Made by a program: the position numbers and the translations under genes. This document shows positions 56,885 to 64,000 of a stretch of DNA of 64,000 bases, in pieces (within the stretch, counting starts at the first letter, position 1; each line of letters opens with the position of its first letter). The DNA comes from Octopus vulgaris (Eukaryota): the NCBI GenBank assembly GCA_951406725.2, contig OX597833.1:67084001-67148000 (forward strand). Reading direction: 5' to 3'. A model generated the notes under the pieces. The model did not search any database. It was not told the origin of the DNA and saw only the letters and a list, made by a program, of their open reading frames with translations.

Positions 56885-59773
56885 CAGCAATCTTTGATAT
56901 AAAGTACAGTTGCTGAATATCTCTCTTTGTGAGATTTAAAAAATAGTAATTTCCAAATTGTGTTTTGTGTCAAAAATGTTTAGGTGTAAATTTGAGGTAG
57001 ATTTGGCTGCTATCCTTTACCGCTCGAGCAGCGACGTTGAGAACAAGAATCTCTCTTCGTTCTTAGAGCATTTGTTTCAGAGAATATTTCAAGAGCATGT
57101 TATATATAACGAATATTCAGAGATCGCTCTCCTCCATTCTACCACTGTGAGGTTAGTGACAGATATGATTATTAAATATCGAAATCATTAGTAACAACGT
57201 TGATGTTCGTCCATTAGAATTTGATGTTTATTTAAGAGTTGACGGTTATTGAATTACCAAGTGGATATTTGACACTGTTTGACTTCCATGTGAAATTTGA
57301 TGAGTTGGATCAATAAGAAACGTAGAATACCAATTTTATGTCTGGTCTAAATTCATTTTGGAATCACCAATAATCTCTGATGATTGCTGTAGAGGATTTA
57401 CTGCGAACAATGACAGTTAGATCAGCGTGTATGAAGTACAAATGGATCTGATTTTGATTCGATTATTAGAAAACAGCACAAACAAATAACCAACTAGAAT
57501 TGCTATGTAATTCTGTATGTAGAATTGCTATGTAGAATTGCTGTGTAATTTTCAGCGTAAATTATGTTCAGAGATTTCCTGGTGTACAGAAACACATATT
57601 ACCGTTCGTAAACAATAACAACACACAATATCGTGTTTTGTACAGAATGAGTTTGCATTTGTATGTGGTAAAAAAACCCCAGTCTGTTTAGTTTTAGAAA
57701 TTTAGTTTATATAACGTCTGTTAATTCTTAAATCTCACTTACTATAGAACAGAACTTTTTTTCTATAAAAGCTTTGAAAACTAGCATTTTAATTATGTGT
57801 TTGAATGAACTATTGCAAATAAAGAAAATTTGCGTGTTGTTAATGATACTAATTGGCGTCTTTCTTAAAAAAACCATTTTCATTGTGTGACATGTCATAC
57901 ACAGAAATAGCAAAAACGAAAAGCATGTAACAATAAGTGGTTGATCTGTAAAGTTGGTGTATCGGGTTGTGGGGCCTGGATTTTCCACAGACAAAACAGT
58001 TGGTTTTAATTCACTGATTTTGAGAGACCCAACGGCCATATGTTTTTAATTAAACATTTCAAATTAGAAAAATACCTCGTTGTAGGGGTTTTATGAAAGA
58101 CATATGTTTTCCAAGTTGATGCAGATTTATTTCAGTGCTATTAATTGTAAAACGGGATTGGCAAAAATGTTTGCACAAGAATTCTTGGGTTGCGAACCAC
58201 TCCTTATCGAAAGCGACTGAGTATAAAGACAAAGAAATTAATGGTGAGTTATTAAAGTAAAATAAAACAGTAGAGGCTGCTTATTGATTCATTAATTACA
58301 GGTGTGTTACCTACATCGGTTATCATTGGGCAGAATAATCGGGAGATCTGTGTACCTGCAATATGATCAAAATGGCGAAGCAGGATGTTTCCTTGTTAAA
58401 CGAAACCATGATTAACAACCACATCCACACCCACGCATAGATACACACCTACACACATGGAAATTTCTTCACATGTACATACACACAGTACGCCTACATA
58501 ATCATATTCGTATTCACTCGCACACAGACACATGTATGGAAACGCCACTTTACATACGCTCACATAGTCACTTAGATACACATTGGGAATAAAAATTAAT
58601 ATCAATTCGCTCAGTAATTTAATCAATTCAAAGAAGACAAAAGAATTTATTGGTTTCTTGAATTATTTTCAAAAGCTGTTTTCAAGAATTTTTGATTTGA
58701 ATGTCTGTGACAAAGACAATGTAATGTTAGACTGCCCCGAAGAGAAAATAATTCTAAAATTTCAAGTTTGGAATTTTCTTCACATGGCACACGAATATTA
58801 TTAATTAAAAGAACGGAAGAAAAATGTCTTTCTTGAACTTCTTATGACGAACGTTAACCACTATCAGTCTTACTGAATGCTAAATATTTCAGCTTGTTTA
58901 AGAAAGGCGATCTCTTGTATCGACAACATTTGAGATTCATTGTTTTATTTATTTACTGCTGAAATATTTGAACAATAACGTCGTTGGTGATTGGTTTTTA
59001 ACGCGGCCTGTCATTGGTTCAATTTACATCCACGAATAAGAGCGGCAAAATATTGCCTGGAAATCGGTACAAAAGACATATTTCAATGGCTCATGACGTT
59101 CATCACTGTTTAACAGCACAATTACAAACCAAACCATAAATACAGAATTAAACATGTATATATATACAATATGGTTATATCTGTGCATGCGTAGACCATC
59201 TGGCGCCGCTACACCAATCCGTCCACCGTGAAAAATAAATCATAAACTCAATTCCTTTTTGTCATTTTTATGCGTATTTCTTTGTTAACTTAAGTTTGCA
59301 CTGAAAGACTTTCACTGAAAGATTATTTTCTCACTGGAAACTCATACATATTTTCTCCGGAATTTCATTTCCTACTCACGTGTATGATTTTGCATTGGTG
59401 ATACATTTCTGCGTATATACATAAATGTAGATGTCTACTCTAATAAACTGCACCTGGTGTCTGAATCTCCAATGATTCTACAAGGGGATACTCGAGCGCT
59501 CAAGTATGAGTGCAATGTGCCTTAAAGCGGAAACAGCTGTAAGGTAATGGAGTTCATTGCGTAATTGCTTATTAATTTGTTATACCAATTTCTGATGCGC
59601 CCGCGCTCACACATGCACACACACAAACACACACTCATACACACATACACACACGCACACAGTCTGCCTCTCCATGTATAGAATCACCCTAATGCATACA
59701 ATATATATATATATATACATCTGTTTCTTCACGTATATTAAAATTTGTTTACACACACTGATAGAAATAGGCA

Positions 59774-59827
<54 letters not shown>

Positions 59828-59853
59828 TATATATGTGTGTCTGTGTGTTATAT

Positions 59854-59884
<31 letters not shown>

Positions 59885-59889
59885 CCCAG

Positions 59890-61066
59890 GCCTATCTCAA
59901 TATTTTAGAAGAGGGTAGCCACAAGACACACACCAGGCATTCCATTCCTTTCCCATCTCAAAGAGGCGAGCCCCATTCTATGCTCAGGTCAAGGCATAGA
60001 ATGCAACCCCCAATATCAGCAGAGGGGCCCAACAGCATATGCTGGTTTACCCCCGCCTCATCATGTTGGTTCCTTACCCCACTGATCAACATCGAATACA
60101 CTCATCCCTCCACAAACACTCTCCAAGCTTTCCTATCATTTATAAACTCTCTTGCCTCTCACTCTCACTCCATCACCTCTAACCACCAAAGCTTTCCTCA
60201 CTCCATCCATCCACACAAACCGGTGTCTGCCTCTGGTTCTATGCCTACCAGTTCTGCTTGCCCCACCCTCCTTACCATCCGCCCCTCATCTATCCTCTCT
60301 ATGTGGCAAAACTACCTCAAGATTCGTCTATCAATTTTTGTTGTTAGTTTTTCTCTCATTCTTCGCCTTCGCATCTCCTCACTCCTCATCCTGTCCATCC
60401 GTCTCACCCCAACCTTAGCCCTCAAACATCATCTCAAACACATCTAGTCGACTCCTTTCCGCCTCTCTCAGCGCCCCCTGTTTCTGCACCATATAACATT
60501 GTCGGTGTATATAAGGGCGTGATATAACAATCACGCCCTCTTACACACCTCTTTTCGTTTACATACCCAACCTTTTATCTCCCAACATACCTTTCACAAT
60601 TCCAAGTACCTTACACGCCTCCCTCACTCTATATTCCACTTCCTCAGCCAACCCCCATTCACCGTCACATGCGATCCCATATACCTAAAAGCACTCACCT
60701 CCTCTAACATTTCACCATTTATACTCATATCCATCCTACCAGCCATTCCATCCCCGGAACATCTCTCACCTTAATCTTAATCACATTGACTTTCAGTTTC
60801 TTCCTCTCACACACTCTTCAAAACTTCACCACCAATCTCCTCAATTGCTCTTCCGAATCCGCCACCAGAGCTGAATCACCAGCAAACATCAACTGACTCA
60901 TCAGCCATTTCTCTACATATTCTCCTACCATTTGGGCTCCCCTACCAAAGGTTCGAGCATTTACCTCTCTCACCATCATACCACTCTGTCTTAACTCCAA
61001 TTTCACATCAAACCACTCACTTCCAAACCCAGCCTAACACACGCCTTACTTTCGCTACAAAAAGCT
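59890..61066 (-). mobile_element. 5'-truncated, decayed RTE-clade LINE (RT C-terminal part plus 3' UTR)
   Basis: KLELRQSG (GLRQG motif) and QLMFAGDSALVADSEEQLRRLV (mutated FADD motif); frameshifts downstream. Confidence 0.82.
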
Positions 61067-61075
61067 CTATATACA

Positions 61076-61109
<34 letters not shown>

Positions 61110-61111
<2 letters not shown>

Positions 61112-61493
61112 CTCTTTTACTATTTTACTTGCTTCAGTCATTTAACTGCGGCCAAGCTGGAGCACCGCCTTTTAGTCGAGCAAATCGACCCAAGGTCTTA
61201 TTCTTTATACGCCTAGTACTTATTCTATCGGTCTCTTTTGCCGAACCGCTAAGTTACGGGGACGTAAACGCACCAGCATTGGTTGTCAAGCGATGTTGGG
61301 GGACAAACACAAGCACACAAACATACACACACGCATACACGTATATATATATACATACATACATACATACATACGATGGGCTACTTTCAGTTTCCGTCTA
61401 CCAAATCCACTCACAAGGCTTTGGTCGGCCCGAGGCTATAATAGAAGACACTTGCCCAAGGTGCCACGCAGTGGGACTGAACCTGGAACCATA
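61110..61493 (-). mobile_element. SINE family A lacking the start of the head
   Basis: Reverse complement of family A. Confidence 0.88.
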
Positions 61494-61497
61494 TGTA

Positions 61498-61622
<125 letters not shown>

Positions 61623-61745
61623 CAATTGAGGATAAAATCTTTAAAAGAAATTATCAGTAGTCAGCGTGAAAAACCTCGTAAGAGAAAAAATCCGTAAATT
61701 CTTCCTCTTTGAAAATATTCATTTATATTATATTGAGGGTACTAC

Positions 61746-61960
61746 TATTCGTAGATACCAACACGCTAAGAGGGACCAATGCGGTCAAAACTACTAAAAA
61801 TAAACAAAATTTTACCGAATGCAAAACTTCAAAACACATCATTTTAAAAAAGAATTCTTTTTTAAAATGATGTGTTTTGAAGTTTTGCATTCGGTAAAAT
61901 TTCGTTTATTTTTAGTAGTTTTGACCGCATCGGTCCCTCTTAGCGTGTTGGTATCTACGA

Positions 61961-61963
<3 letters not shown>
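61746..61963. repeat. 218-bp spacerless palindrome centred on GAATTC (61852-61857)
   Basis: Arms are reverse complements with 2 mismatches. Confidence 0.95.
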
Positions 61964-62002
<39 letters not shown>

Positions 62003-62006
<4 letters not shown>

Positions 62007-62428
62007 CTTTACTCTCTTTTACTCTTTTACTTGTTTCAGTCATTTGACTGCGGCCATGCTGGAGCACCGCCTTTAATTGAGCAACTCGACCCCGGAACTT
62101 ATTCTATTGTAAGCCCAGTACTTATTCTATCGGTCTCTTTTGCCGAACCGCTAAGTGACGGGGACACAAACACACCAGCATCTGTTGTCAAGCAATGCTA
62201 TGGGGACAAACACAGACACACAAACACACACACGCATACATATATATATATATACATATATACGACGGGCTTCTTTCAGTTTCCGTCTACCAAATCCACT
62301 CACAAGGCATTGGTCGGCCCGAGGCTATAGTAGAAGACACTTGCCCAAGGTGCCACACAGTGGGACTGAACCCGGAACCATGTGGTTGGTAGACAGGCTA
62401 CTTACCACACAGCCACTCCTGCGCCTAT
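62003..62428 (-). mobile_element. SINE family A, full length
   Basis: Reverse complement of family A. Confidence 0.92.
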
Positions 62429-63058
62429 ATATATATATTTGAATACATATATGTATATATGAATATATATATAGATATATATATATTTGAATATATATAT
62501 ATATATGTATGTGTATATATATACTTATGCATGTATGGTAGCCTCAAGGTAGGTAGAAAGTAGAAGCACACCGCAGTATGTGGTCTACTTGGTGATATTT
62601 CACTGACTGAGTGGGTCATAACACTTCGAACGGATGATCATTTAATCCAATAAGTGCTACATATCATTTGCATATCACCTCTTTGCACTTAATTTCGAGC
62701 CGGGAAGCTATGCTTTATTGATGGAAAGAGTGAGAATGAACCAGAGAGAATGAGAGAGAGGGGGAGTGAGAGAGAGAGAGAGAGAGGGGGGGTGAGTGAG
62801 AGAAGAGAGGAGAGAGAAGGGGAGAACGAGAGAGTTATAAAAGGAGAAAGATAGAGAGATAGAGAGAGACACAAGAAGAGATGCACAAAGAGAGATAAAG
62901 AGAGGGAGAGAGGGAGTGGAAAGGGAGTGAAATATGAGAAAAAAGGAAAAGAAAATGAGAGAAGAAATTTTAGTCCCTCTCTTAATTTAACGATTGCTGA
63001 GAAAAGTGAATAATGAACGTAGCAAAATGGCATTTTCTATTCTACGTATATATTCGCA

Positions 63059-63097
<39 letters not shown>

Positions 63098-63186
63098 ATT
63101 TATCTATCTATACACACACACATATATATGTGTACATACACACATATATGTCTATAGATACATATGTATATAAATATATATATACA

Positions 63187-63580
63187 CAGGAGTGGCTGTG
63201 TGGTAAGTAGCTTGTTTACCAACCACATGGTTCCGGGTTCAGTCCCACTGCGTGCCACCTTGGGCAAGTGTCTTCTGCTATAGCCCTGGGCCGACCAATT
63301 CATTGTGAGAGGATTTGGTAGACGGAAACTGAAAGAAGCCCGTCGTATATATGTATATATATGTGCGTGTATGTTTGTGTCTGTGTTTGTCCCCCTAGCA
63401 TTGCTTGACAACCGATGCTGGTGTGTTTATGTCCCTGTTACTAAGCGGTTCGGCAAAAGAGACCGATAGAATAAGTACTGGGCTTACAAAAGAATAAGTC
63501 CCGGAGTCGAGTTGCTCGATTAAAGGCGGTGCTCCAGCATGGCCGCAGTCAAAATGACTGAGCTGAAACAAGTAAAAAAA
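63187..63580 (+). mobile_element. SINE family A
   Basis: Match to family A. Confidence 0.92.
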
Positions 63581-63909
63581 ATACATATGCATGCCTGTAT
63601 ACACATACATACACACGTATATATATATACATACACACACATAAATATGGTTACATAGAACCGCACAATCATGCACGCAATACGATAATATTAAAGAATA
63701 TAACGAAGACGGTATAGACACACACACACACGCATACATTCCCACGCATTCTTCTATTCTTTTATTCTTTTATCCTTTCATTCATTAACTTGTTGCAGTC
63801 AGTAGGCTACGCGAATGCTGGGCTTCTGCCTGTGCAGAGTTTTGATAGGCAAATCAAACTTAGTAGTACTTTTCATGCAATGTTCGAATCCTCTTGGACT
63901 TATGCCAGC

Positions 63910-64000
63910 TTGGAGATGGGAAGGATGACTTCCATTTGCAAATACTGATAGGGCACAGAAATTGTGTCAAATAGCGAGCTGGACGAGATGTCCTCCTGGG
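63910..64000 (+). mobile_element. Fragment of the retrozyme-like family, cut by the window end
   Basis: gatgggaaggatgacttcc...caaatactgatagggcacagaaattgtgtc matches 30397-30480. Confidence 0.8.

Noticed and set aside
59196-59210. CTCF-like motif (gcgccagatggtc on the minus strand)
   Set aside because: A partial match to a short motif cannot be distinguished from chance
59674-60447. 257-aa plus-strand ORF
   Set aside because: It starts in (TA)n and is the antisense of the RTE LINE relic

Overview
AT-rich, microsatellite-saturated, non-coding eukaryotic DNA (intron or intergenic), most likely from an octopus genome (inferred from the SINE families and the extreme (TA)n/(AAT)n/(GATA)n load). 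I can support no intact protein-coding gene: nearly all ORFs in the track are translations of microsatellites or SINEs. The window holds many copies of three tRNA-derived SINE families, a non-autonomous Helitron, a Tc1/mariner-type MITE, a decayed Tigger/pogo transposase with nested insertions, and RTE and CR1-like LINE remnants. The main signal is an RNA-level one. At least four unrelated small repeat families carry type I hammerhead ribozyme (HHR) motifs: a 352-nt retrozyme-like unit with permuted copies, a foldback with an HHR in each arm, a tRNA-headed SINE-like element ending in a minimal HHR, and a 200-nt (TA)n-embedded element. Several of these elements sit inside (TA)n arrays and form head-to-head inversions, the architecture of Penelope-like element (PLE) insertions. 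All motifs and pairings were read by eye, and many element boundaries are approximate.
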